Shown: positions 1 to 10,249, counted from the stretch's first letter. The stretch: 64,000 bases of DNA from Octopus vulgaris (GCA_951406725.2 OX597824.1:25606001-25670000); one strand, 5' to 3'. Numbers and translations: made by a program. Notes: a model not told the origin generated them from the sequence alone.

Positions 1-79
1 AAGCCGTGGTCAGAGTGAGGGTACGAGAAAACAGACACACAGAAAACGCACAGACAAACTGCCGTTTATATAGAGAGAG

Positions 80-110
<31 letters not shown>

Positions 111-130
111 ATATATATATATATATATAA

Positions 131-168
<38 letters not shown>

Positions 169-180
169 TATATATATAAT

Positions 181-212
<32 letters not shown>

Positions 213-216
213 ATAT

Positions 217-341
<125 letters not shown>

Positions 342-633
342 TTATATATATATGTAATATATATATATATTTATATATATATATAATATATATACATTTA
401 TATATAGATAGATAGATAGATATATAGATAGATAGATAGATAGAGATATGTGCGTATATTTTTGTATGTATGTTTACAGATAATTATATGAATATACTAA
501 TCCACGGTTTACCCTTTAAATTACCAACTACTGTTAACCTTATTGCAAGGCCTATACATAGTTAGGTAATACAGCAGTAGGGCCTAAGGATACATTCATC
601 CCTTTGACGGTTGCATAACCTCTAACCATAATT

Positions 634-692
<59 letters not shown>

Positions 693-1029
693 CATAAACA
701 GATGAGTTTATTTTTACCTTGTTAACAATTAACACAGCACAAATAAAGAAAAACTTACCAGGGTAGCAAAAAATCTCACAAGTAAAGAGGTTGTAAATCC
801 TTGGTTATAAAAGTAGAAACTTCGTGTTTACGTGGAATTTTTTGTATAATATATGAATAAATAAATGGAGTTTATTTTTTCTTTTGACACATGTTTCGAA
901 AATTCCACTAATATTATTCAAAAGAATAAATGGTATAAACAATGCAATCTTCTCTACAGGAAAGTGAAAATACGAAACTCTGGGACCTGATTGCTATCTT
1001 CATTATTTTAGCATTTTTTTCTTTTATAT

Positions 1030-3656
1030 TGTAGTAATCTTGTACAGCGGCGCGCGCGCGCGCCGTCCTTTTCTGTTTCGCGCGTGAGTGTTAGCGCCTT
1101 CACCAAGACAGAGAGGAAGGGCCCTCTCGCGCATGCGCGAAGCACCGGAAGTAGGACCCTTTTGCCTACGTGGCAGTTAGCCGAGGCAAGGGGATCGTAG
1201 AACGTTTGACCACTAGCAGCAGTCAGCAGCGACTTGAGACATGGCTATCGAAGGTACAACACGTATATTCTCTCTGTCCGAATTTGATTCTAGCAGCAGC
1301 CTTTACCGAAAGCTTTTAACCAAATTGTTGCAGACTACATCATTTTCCTTTCTCCGGACGCCATCTTTGACAAGTGTCGTTTTGCATTTGAACACTTTCT
1401 TATTTTACAGCGATAAGGTTCAGCTGAGACACATCTATACCAAAGGGATGCCAGATACACCAATTATCTATTACCACATAAGAGAATAAAGTAGATATAT
1501 ATTATTTACGTTTGCGTCTTGTTGTTTCTGACTGGTAGAGAATCTGGATTATTAAAGCAACGGAAAGTGATTGCTTCTCGCCCCCCCAAAAGGTCCAGAG
1601 AAGATATTCACACACTAGTCGTTACACTGGTGACCCCGACGTGATTCTGGTCTAAAACCAGAGATCACTTAACAACAAAGAAATCCAGTTTTTCTGCGAA
1701 GTCGGAACACGATTAACTCTACGCATTCATCTTTCGACGATTTGTTTCCGTCCTCTCGGACCGTTATAGAAGGAGCTTCTTTTATTCTTCGATGCTTTTT
1801 CTCTGCCTTTGTCATCATCATCGTCGTCTTAGAACTTCACGTCGTCGTTATCTTCGTCGCCATCAACACTAAGAACAATGTTGTCTCAAGTCCAATGCAG
1901 TCGCCTCCACCACCGTCGCCTTTCAACACCGTCGACCTCCACAAGATGTACATAGCAACTCGCGGAAGTTTAGCCCACTTGCTGTTTTGTGCATGGCACA
2001 CCAAGGAATTAACAGCCCAGCACTATCTGCGAGATTCTTCTGTACCCAGTTAACCAGTCACAGCATTGAAGCCACAACCGTTACACGATATGTGTTCAAC
2101 CGGCATCTGCATTTGTGATTTCAACATTCTGTTACAGAACGAACTGCTATTGTGCATCAGGCTATTAGAGACTGGTAAATTAACTCCATTGTCTGAGATA
2201 GCTGTGAGAGACATTTTTCCTATGCGCTGTATTTTTATTTTTGCTCGCATTCACCTTGTATGTATTTCTGTCGCACACACGTACACACACATAAATGCTA
2301 TCTCTGTCACATACATACGTCACACATGCTTTTCTCGCTTGTTTTTTCCATGCTAATTTGCTTTTGTGGACACACCTCATTTCTATAGACCCTAGGGGTC
2401 ACGTATACATAGAGAGGGTTGTTTGTCCATTATAACGCGCCAGCATGTCATACTCTTGTTCCTGTACGAACGAGGCATATTATCGCTCAACCACTGGCAT
2501 ATTCATTGCTGTTTTTCGGTCTGGCAAGCCCTATTGCATTTCATGCGCCTTTGCTCCGCACGTGTACTGCCTTGTTTTTGCAACACGTTTGCGTTAGCTT
2601 AATTCTTTTCCCTGTTAGACCCCTGTTGGTCACGTAATTAACAGAGAAAATTATCTGTGTCGCGCATCACACCAGCATGCTTGCACTTTTGCCTTTTGTG
2701 TTACTAGCGATCTATCTGTCGATTCCATTTCCTCTCCTGCAGCAATTGATTTAACTGCTATTTCGCAGGACCAACCACCTTTAGAGGAGTTGGATTTAAT
2801 TTCGCCTAGGTTCATTAACTGTGAGTTTTGCTTCCCTTTAGCGGAAGGCTCTATACTTTGTGACGTATCCACTTTAATGCATGCACTTTTGAATTTTGCT
2901 CATTTTGAGTATTTTTTCCTTTTGGTGAATTTCTTATGTATGATGTAAAATTTTGCCATTTTTATTATATTGTGTGCTATTTGGTTATCTGGTGTCCACC
3001 TTGAGTTTTATAGTCACTACAGGGAATTTTGTGTCGTGCTTCGCACTGGGGTGGAGCTCTGTAGTGATCCTGTACAGCGGCGCGCGCGCGCGCCGTCCTT
3101 TTCTGTTTCGCGCGTGAGTGTTAGCGCCTTCACCAAGACAGAGAGGAAGGGCCCTCTCGCGCATGCGCGAAGCACCGGAAGTAGGACCCTTTTGCCTACG
3201 TGGCAGTTAGCCGAGGCAAGGGGGTCGTAGAACGTTTGACCACTAGCAGCAGTCAGCAGCGACTTGAGACATGGCTATCGAAGGTACAACACGTATATTC
3301 TCTCTGTCCGAATTTGATTCTAGCAGCTGCCTTTACCGAAAACTTTTAACCAAATTGTTGCAGACTACATCATCTTCCTTTCTCCGGACGCCATCTTTGA
3401 CAAGTGTCGTTTTGCATTTGAACACTTTCTTATTTTACAGCGATAAGGTTCAGCTGAGACACATCTATACCAAAGGGATGCCAGATACACCAATTATCTG
3501 TTACCACATAAGAGAATAAAGTAGATATATATTATTTACGTTTGCGTCTTGTTGTTTCTGACTGGTAGAGAATCTGGATTATTAAAGCAACGGAAAGTGA
3601 TTGCTTCTCGCACCCCCAAAAGGTCCAGAGAAGATATTCACACATTTTTCGTTACA
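1030..3656 (+). mobile_element. Non-autonomous LTR retrotransposon (LTRs 1030-1626 and 3060-3656, 597 bp each; ~1.43 kb non-coding interior)
   Basis: Direct repeats begin TGTAGT and end GTTACA, with about 11 differences by eye. PBS TGGTGACCCCGACGTGAT at 1628-1645 is complementary to the tRNA-Trp 3' end. A G-rich tract precedes the 3' LTR. ATAT TSD at 1026-1029 and 3657-3660 is confirmed by the empty paralogous site at ~52141-52160. No gag/pol ORF inside. Confidence 0.92.
1628..1645 (+). promoter_or_regulatory. Primer-binding site (tRNA-Trp) of the LTR element
   Basis: TGGTGACCCCGACGTGAT lies 1 nt after the 5' LTR end and matches the complement of the eukaryotic tRNA-Trp 3' end including CCA. 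Confidence 0.85.
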
Positions 3657-4238
3657 ATATATATTATCTCATTGTCCTGCTGATATATTTCTTCTCCAAT
3701 TATGTTATGTTCCGCTAGTACAAGTACTCAGGGATTGTTCCTTTCGTTTCCTAAGACGTTCTTATGCAGTACGTATGTGTCTGTGTGTCTATGCATGTGT
3801 ATTTGTGTTTGTGATTGTCCCCTGTCACACCTATTGACTACATGCATTGGTTTCTCTAAGTTCCAAAGGTTCAGCAGAAGTGACAACTGATTAACTACAA
3901 GACTTTTAACCAAAGTAAGCAGAGAATTTAATTTCTCCGACTAAACCCTTCGAAGATATTCTCCATCATGGCAGCCATCCAATGATTGAAACAAGTAAAA
4001 GGTAAAACGTAGTCTATGTAAGTTCAGTTCCTTTTAGTACTATTTTCTCTATGTTGTGTGTATATCTAAGTCCTAGAGTTTGATTATGAATTTGTCTATA
4101 CCAAAGTAATGATGGAGCTTGAGGATAATATTCCTTATTTCTATTTTTTCCTATTCAGATTGAACAGAGAAAACACACCCCAAAATTGGAGAAGGATGTC
4201 ATCATATACGAATTTAACATGGATCAGACGGTCACATA

Positions 4239-4730
4239 ATGCGCGCACAATTTGATCAATTTTCTATTGTTAAATTTGGTACTATTATTGAATTACCAGC
4301 CCAACAGAAACCCGGCAAAATGATACCCAAAATTCTATATACATATGATGCTGATTTATCAGGAAATCATTACAATATTGACAATATTAAAAAGGTACAA
4401 ACCACTCGTGTTGCCGTCATGTCTGGTCGTCGTCGCTTGAAATTATCATTCAGACCTCGTTATACTTGGAGAACAGATGACAAAAGTTACGATCCTAATG
4501 ACACCATGCCTTATCCAACAATGTACATGCGCGGTATACAGAAGTGGGACATGGCAGAGGCTCCCTTCGGTCCCGTGCCTGATAAGGCTTTCCCTCAGCA
4601 CTCCATAAATGGTATTGCAATGGTCGTACAGTCTTCGAAAGATACCGTCATGGATTATACTAATTTCGTTGTTATTCGGTGTTATGGTAGGCGCAACGGT
4701 GCTACATATACCGAACATTCACGGGAATGA
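4239..4730 (+). CDS. cap: Putative CRESS-virus capsid protein, N-terminally truncated (no Arg-rich arm)
   Basis: 163-aa uninterrupted ORF convergent with Rep. FDQFSIVKF...P, YTYDAD and RRRLKLSFRPR resemble circo/CRESS jelly-roll capsid blocks. Call rests on position plus weak motif recognition. Confidence 0.65.
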   Translation: MRAQFDQFSIVKFGTIIELPAQQKPGKMIPKILYTYDADLSGNHYNIDNIKKVQTTRVAVMSGRRRLKLSFRPRYTWRTDDKSYDPNDTMPYPTMYMRGIQKWDMAEAPFGPVPDKAFPQHSINGIAMVVQSSKDTVMDYTNFVVIRCYGRRNGATYTEHSRE

Positions 4731-4866
4731 CTATCCACAACAGACACTGCATCAGGATGAGTGATTGAGTAAACGTCGCGCGACGTGACGAAGATGCGAA
4801 TGTTATGGGGTTTTTAGTATACATAAAACGTGCAGAGAATAATGAGAACAAACAAATTTTTATCAT

Positions 4867-4884
4867 TGAATAAAATTTTATTCA
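4867..4884. terminator. Palindromic bidirectional polyadenylation signal of the viral insert
   Basis: Perfect 18-bp palindrome TGAATAAAATTTTATTCA gives AATAAA on + (4869-4874) and on - (4877-4882, overlapping the rep TAA). Confidence 0.7.
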
Positions 4885-5651
4885 GAATCTACACTTTCGT
4901 ATTGATCGAGTTTTTCATTCAACATTTTAATTTTTTCCATTAACATTTCATTCTCTCTTCTAACAAATTGACAGTTACACTTTTCAATGTTATTATTACA
5001 GAAGAAAGAAAGATTTCCATCCATTGCGTCATGTCTATTCAGAGGGACAGGGGAAGTAACTCTTTTCCTCTTGTTGTATTTCTCCATTTCCAGCTCACAC
5101 TCAGATCTACACATTTCATCAATCAGTTCTTCTGTATCTTGACTATACATGTCTGTTATATCTTTCAATGGCGGCATATTCTCAATATCAATTTCATTTT
5201 CCAAAAATTCTTGCAGTATTTCTTTGAAAATCATGGTATTATCCGCTGGTGTTATAGTTCTTATATCCCATCTGTCAGCACTCATTTTAGTTTGGTCAGG
5301 TTCGTAATTTGCGAATACCACAACATGCGGTATTTCAAAACTCTTAGTAACGGAGACATATTTGCATGAGCATATTAAACCATTTTTAATACTCTCCATC
5401 ACTTCATAATTTATATGTTGCTCCTGGCTTCTTGTTAAATCAAATATTACTATTCTCTGTCCATTGTACATGAATTTTAAATCCAGGCTGCGACCATTTT
5501 CAAATCTTATACCATCTAAAGTTTGTAGGTATCTCGATAGGTATGTTTTCCCACTGTTTCCTACAGGGTCTGCATACCATATAATTTTTCTTTGATCTGG
5601 TTCATTCACCAATTCTTTCAATAGTTCATCTTGCCATTTTCTCCAAGTGCT
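4878..5651 (-). CDS. rep: CRESS-virus Rep, SF3 helicase half plus C-terminal extension (HUH endonuclease domain missing)
   Basis: WQ..L...PDQRKIIW, Walker A GNSGKT, Walker B VIFDL, YEVMESIKNG...KY, motif C HVVVFAN, Arg finger SADRW: the layout of nanovirus/alphasatellite-like Reps. The first ~40 aa of the ORF-track call (to 5768) are antisense GPCR sequence. Confidence 0.93.
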   Translation of the reverse strand, partial: STWRKWQDELLKELVNEPDQRKIIWYADPVGNSGKTYLSRYLQTLDGIRFENGRSLDLKFMYNGQRIVIFDLTRSQEQHINYEVMESIKNGLICSCKYVSVTKSFEIPHVVVFANYEPDQTKMSADRWDIRTITPADNTMIFKEILQEFLENEIDIENMPPLKDITDMYSQDTEELIDEMCRSECELEMEKYNKRKRVTSPVPLNRHDAMDGNLSFFCNNNIEKCNCQFVRRENEMLMEKIKMLNEKLDQYESVDSE

Positions 5652-6942
5652 AGACGGTATGGAGTATAATATCACCATCGAAGAACTCAACAGACAACAA
5701 GTTTTGATATGCCTTCCGTTTACTATTCTTATTGCATTAGCTATGACCATGGGTTTTGTTGGGAACATTTTAACTATTTACGTTTATGGATTTCGTTTGA
5801 AATTATCTCCAACTTATTTCTTTGTTGTGATGCTGGCGTGTGTTGATTTGATAATGTGTGCCTGTGTGATACCTGCTCGTATTGTCCAAAACATTTACCC
5901 TTTGATGACCACCTGGGATATATTGTGCAAGTTCCATTACTGTTTAGTAGGATTCACAGTTGCTTCTAACCATGGTTTTCTTCTGGCCATCGCAGCAGAG
6001 ATACAGAAAAGTATGCCAACCACTGAAGTCTCAGATAACAATGAAAGCTGCGAAAATCATCACAGCCTGTATTTTTATTTTCTCCGCAATACAGGGAAGT
6101 ATTGTTCTTCTTAACTATGGAAGTATTAAGAAACCAACTAATTATCCTGGTATCTACAGCTATTCCTGTTCAACAAATAACTACAAGAAGACTAACTATT
6201 ATCAACTTGCATGCTTTGCCTTCGACAGTCCCTTAGTAATGGTTACGTTTGTTATTCTCTTTATTCTGTACATCATAATTCTTCGACATATGAAGGGTTT
6301 GGAGAAAACAAAAGGTGTCGAACAACAACAAAATAGCAATAGTATTACAAACATCTGCTGTCCCGATAATATTCAAGAAAAGTGAACAGCCTTATCATTA
6401 CTGGTACTGTAAACTCTTCGGTTGCATATTTCTGCGAATAATATCATTTTTCTTTGGAATAGAAAAAAGTCTATCTTTATTTCTTCTTTTGCTGGAGTCT
6501 CAAATTTAGGTTAAATCAGTGTTTCTCAAAGGGGACGGTCGGACAAGTTTTTTTGAGAAAATTTGGTTTAAATGTTTGACAACTCAGCACCGTCCATTGG
6601 ACGAGGGTGTTTAGCTCGTATGTATATATATATCTATATGTTCATATATAGTTGAAAGTTCATAACTGTAGCACAGGGCCTTTTCTCTATATAGTATAAC
6701 TGTGAACTATATCGACCTTGATTGAGTAGATGCATGGATAAGAGTTATCAACAATGACCGTTTCAATTTTTGTACATCGCACTCTACATTATTCAGTATA
6801 GAATTCATTATTTAATATGGTATGATGTGATTTAAAGGTGATTTTGTTGCAATTTCTAGCAGGTTAGTAACGGTAGAGAGTGTCTCTCGCTAGAGGTTGT
6901 TAAAATGGAAGACCTCATGTCACTAATGTGTCTTCATATGGT

Positions 6943-7281
6943 GACCCCCTTCGGTCAGACACTGACCATGGGTTTGCACCGAGAGAGTTACCCTCTTAGG
7001 CACAAGTCTGGGCAAGGTTGTTTTTTTATGGAAGACCAGCAGTCGCCCATGCATACCGGCCTCCCCTCTCCACGTCACCGATGTTGTCCAAAGGAAAGGC
7101 AAGGGCCGATACAGCCTGGCACCTGTGACGTCGCAACTGATTTCTACAGCTGAGTGAACTGGAGCAACGTGAAATAAAGTGTCTTGCTCAAGGACACAAC
7201 ACGCAGCCCGGTCCGGGATTCGAGCTCACAACCTCACGATCGTAAGCTCGATGCTCTAACCACTGAGCCACACGCCTTCAC
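6943..7281 (-). mobile_element. tRNA-derived SINE with TSD
   Basis: Minus-strand head has A box TGGCTCAGTGG and B-box-like GCTCGAATCC. TSD ATGTGTCTTCAT at 6926-6937 and 7282-7293. Absent from paralogous sites at ~24690 and ~43070. Confidence 0.85.
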
Positions 7282-7402
7282 ATGTGTCTTCATGTAGTAA
7301 TGAAATACACTATAACATAATAGGATGCGCTAAACAAGTTTCAGGAAATTAAACGACAGCAATGAGTATGGAACATGCACATAAGCTTAAGTGGAGAAAA
7401 GA

Positions 7403-7476
<74 letters not shown>

Positions 7477-8293
7477 TCGCGCGTAGATGTATGTATACAC
7501 ACACTCATTCACGACCCCCACCTCCCACACACACATATTGCTAATATTTTGCAGAAGCAACAGCGTGACTCAAGGTCCGAGAATTTTGTTCGTTTGTGCA
7601 CATATATATAGAGAGAGAGAGACTGACATCCAGAGTTTTCACTTATTCCTGTATGAAGAACATTGTTGCTTTAGCTTCATATCATTGTGTGAGCTCCACA
7701 ACTACCGAACGAACCTAAAATATCTGAGTAAGTGCCTTGTTTTAATTTATTGTGTATTCAAATGGTCTTTTGTGGGGAAGAAATATATGTAGCTGAAACT
7801 AGAAAAAAAAAATTATCTCCTTGCCCTGCTGATATATTTCTTCTCCAATTATGTTATGTTCGTGCAGTACGTATGTGTCTGTGTGTCTATGCATGTGTAT
7901 TTGAGTTTGTGATTGTCCCCTGTCACACCTATTGACTACATGCATTGGTTTCTCTAAGTTCCAAAGGTTCAGCAGAAGTGACAACTGATTAACTACAAGA
8001 CTTTTAACCAAAGTAAGCAGAGAATTTAATTTGTCCGACTAAACCCTTCGAGGATATTCTCCATCATGGCAGCCATCCAATGATTGAAACAAGTAAAAGG
8101 TAAAACGTAGTCTATGTAAGTTCAGTTCCTTTTAGTACTATTTTCTCTATGTTGTGTGTATATCTAAGTCCTAGAGTTTGATTATGAATTTGTCTATCCC
8201 AAAGTAATGATGGAGCTTAAGGATAATATTCCTTATTTCTATTTTTTCCTATTCAGATTAAACAGAAAAAACACACCCCTAAATTGGAGAAGG

Positions 8294-9493
8294 ATGTCAT
8301 CATATCCGAATTTAACAGACGGTACGGAGTATATCACCATCGAAGAACTCAACAGACAACAAGTTTTGATACGACTTCCGTTTACTATTCTTATTGCATT
8401 AGCTATGACCACGGCTTTTGTTGGAAACATTTTAACTATTTACGTTTATGGATTTCGTTTGAAATTATCTCCAACTTATTTCTTTGTTGTGATGCTGGCG
8501 TGTGTTGATTTGATTATATGTACCTGTGTGACACCAGCTCGTATTGTCCAAAACATTTACCCTTTGATGACAACCTGGGATATATTGTGCAAGTTCCATA
8601 TGAGCTTAACAGTATTCACAGGACTTTGTAACTATGGTTTTCTACTGGCCATTGCAACAGAGAGATACAGAAAAGTATGCCAACCACTGAAGACTCAAAT
8701 AAATATGAGAGCTGCGAAAGTCATCACAGCCTGTATTTTTATTTTCTGTGCAACACAGGGAATTATGGCTCTTCTTTACTTTGGAAGTGTCAAGAAACCA
8801 ACTAATTATCCTGGTATCTACAGCTATTCCTGCTCAGCAAATAACTACAACAAGACTAACTATTATCAACTTGGATTCTTTGCCTTCTACAGTCTCTTAG
8901 CAATGGTTACGTTTGTTATTCTCTTTATTCTGTACATCATAATTCTTCGACATATGAAGGGTTGGGAGAAAACAAAATGTGTCGAACAACAACAAAATAG
9001 TAATAGTATTACAAACAACTTCTGTCCCGATAATATTCAAGAAAAGTGGCTTAATGTACCAGAAAGTATTGATTCTAATCGATTACCTTCGAATCTTTCT
9101 ACAGAAGAAGTGGAATTGTCAAATACCAAAATGTCATCTAAAGTTTCCTCAGATGAAATATCAAAGGTATATACAAAAAGTATTGCGCCTCTCAGGGCTA
9201 AACTACGGGAAGCGAACAACGAAAGACGAGCAACCGAACAAGCCGACAGGATAAAGCGCACCACTATAACGATGATGATGATTACTGTAACCTTTATAGT
9301 GACTTATTTACCTACCTTTGGTACCATGATATTAGATGCAGTTTTGAAGTCATTAAACACGATGTCGACACCATCATCATTCTTCTATTGGTTCGCACGT
9401 CATTGCTTTTACATCAGTTCTTGCACAAATCCCATTGTTTACAGCTGCAGGAACCAGAATTTTATGGACGAAATTAAAAAAATTTCAGACTAA
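8294..9493 (+). CDS. Class A (rhodopsin-like, peptide-receptor-like) GPCR paralog B
   Basis: Seven hydrophobic segments with GN (TM1), LACVD (TM2), C..ERY (TM3), YLP (TM6), NPIVY (TM7) and an N-terminal NLT sequon. Likely start is the ATG at 8294, after a polypyrimidine-CAG splice acceptor at 8256 (ORF track starts 8207). Confidence 0.92.
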   Translation: MSSYPNLTDGTEYITIEELNRQQVLIRLPFTILIALAMTTAFVGNILTIYVYGFRLKLSPTYFFVVMLACVDLIICTCVTPARIVQNIYPLMTTWDILCKFHMSLTVFTGLCNYGFLLAIATERYRKVCQPLKTQINMRAAKVITACIFIFCATQGIMALLYFGSVKKPTNYPGIYSYSCSANNYNKTNYYQLGFFAFYSLLAMVTFVILFILYIIILRHMKGWEKTKCVEQQQNSNSITNNFCPDNIQEKWLNVPESIDSNRLPSNLSTEEVELSNTKMSSKVSSDEISKVYTKSIAPLRAKLREANNERRATEQADRIKRTTITMMMITVTFIVTYLPTFGTMILDAVLKSLNTMSTPSSFFYWFARHCFYISSCTNPIVYSCRNQNFMDEIKKISD

Positions 9494-10249
9494 GACAGAA
9501 ATAAATGGAAACGATAGGTCGCATCAGTCAGAAATAGGTATCATCAAACTGTCTGGATATTTTGCATTCTTGTCCAATTTTTGTATTTTTATATATAAAA
9601 AAATTATACCGGCGTACGTACACTTTTTCTCTTATACGAAAGTATATATATATCTAAATTTTGTAGGACTATATTATTAACTCAATTCTTTCATTCTTTC
9701 CTTCTTTCTATCAGTCCCTTAACAATTACTAAGGAAATGGTTTTAAAATATTACCTATATAACTTTATAAATTATATGCAACACTCACCCACCTGAAAAA
9801 AAGAACAGTTATTGGAATCTGTATTTATATATTTCGTATTCATTTTTTTAAAATAAAAAATATCTATATTAAGAAAAGGACTTTCAACATCAAAAAACGT
9901 AAATTCTTAATAACTTTTATGATACGCAATAAAAAAATCTATGGACGAACCTCAAACGAAATACATGAATAGTGAACACCATAAAATAAATATTAATAGT
10001 ATTAACTATTTAATAAAATGACCGTTGTTTTTCCAGTCAAAGTTAGGCAAACGTTGTCTTGATTTATGTACACTTAATATGAATTGTGCCTATTTGCAAA
10101 GCCTATTTTGATTCAGAAGTTTTTGTCTCCAAATTAATAGCATGCTCGACTCTTTGGCCATGACAGGAAAAAAGTATTCCTGTTAATTGTCTTGAACTAG
10201 CTTTATGATCAACATTTGTAAAGTTCTGTAAAACTGGTGGGGGTGATAT

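Larger units (their letters stand above)
4220..5651. mobile_element. Endogenous viral element from a CRESS-DNA (circular Rep-encoding ssDNA) virus, partial ambisense genome
   Basis: Absent from the three paralogous GPCR copies. Carries convergent Cap-like (+) and Rep (-) ORFs, both 5'-truncated at the junctions. Confidence 0.9.
4196..6385 (+). pseudogene. Class A GPCR paralog A, pseudogene (viral insertion, frameshift, 3' deletion)
   Basis: Colinear with intact copies B/C/D. Interrupted after codon 8 (MSSYTNLT) by the 4220-5651 insert. A 2-nt deletion at ~5995-6000 disrupts the ERY motif. Truncated at ~6384 in ICL3, so TM6-7 are lost. Confidence 0.93.

Noticed and set aside
1241-1489. Duplicated 82-aa ORF (also 3271-3519)
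   Set aside because: Lies within the LTRs, has no recognisable motif, and is duplicated only because the LTR is.
4968-5369. 133-aa ORF antisense to rep, and 4446-4718 antisense to cap, as extra viral genes
   Set aside because: No ATG-based or motif support; shadow ORFs are expected opposite real coding frames.
5652-5768. N-terminal ~40 aa of the 296-aa Rep ORF (MFPTKPMVIA...)
   Set aside because: Antisense of the GPCR exon; the same peptide appears opposite copies B, C and D. A chance in-frame fusion, not viral sequence.
7205-7281. tRNA gene-like sequences (also ~26470-26545, ~49383-49445, ~54655-54755)
   Set aside because: They are SINE heads attached to SINE bodies, with no intact cloverleaf evident.
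8207-8293. Upstream Met extension of the GPCR ORFs (MMELKDNIPYFYFFLFR)
   Set aside because: Runs through a polypyrimidine tract and CAG typical of an intron 3' end. The downstream MSSY start with an N-glycosylation sequon is more plausible, though unproven without cDNA.
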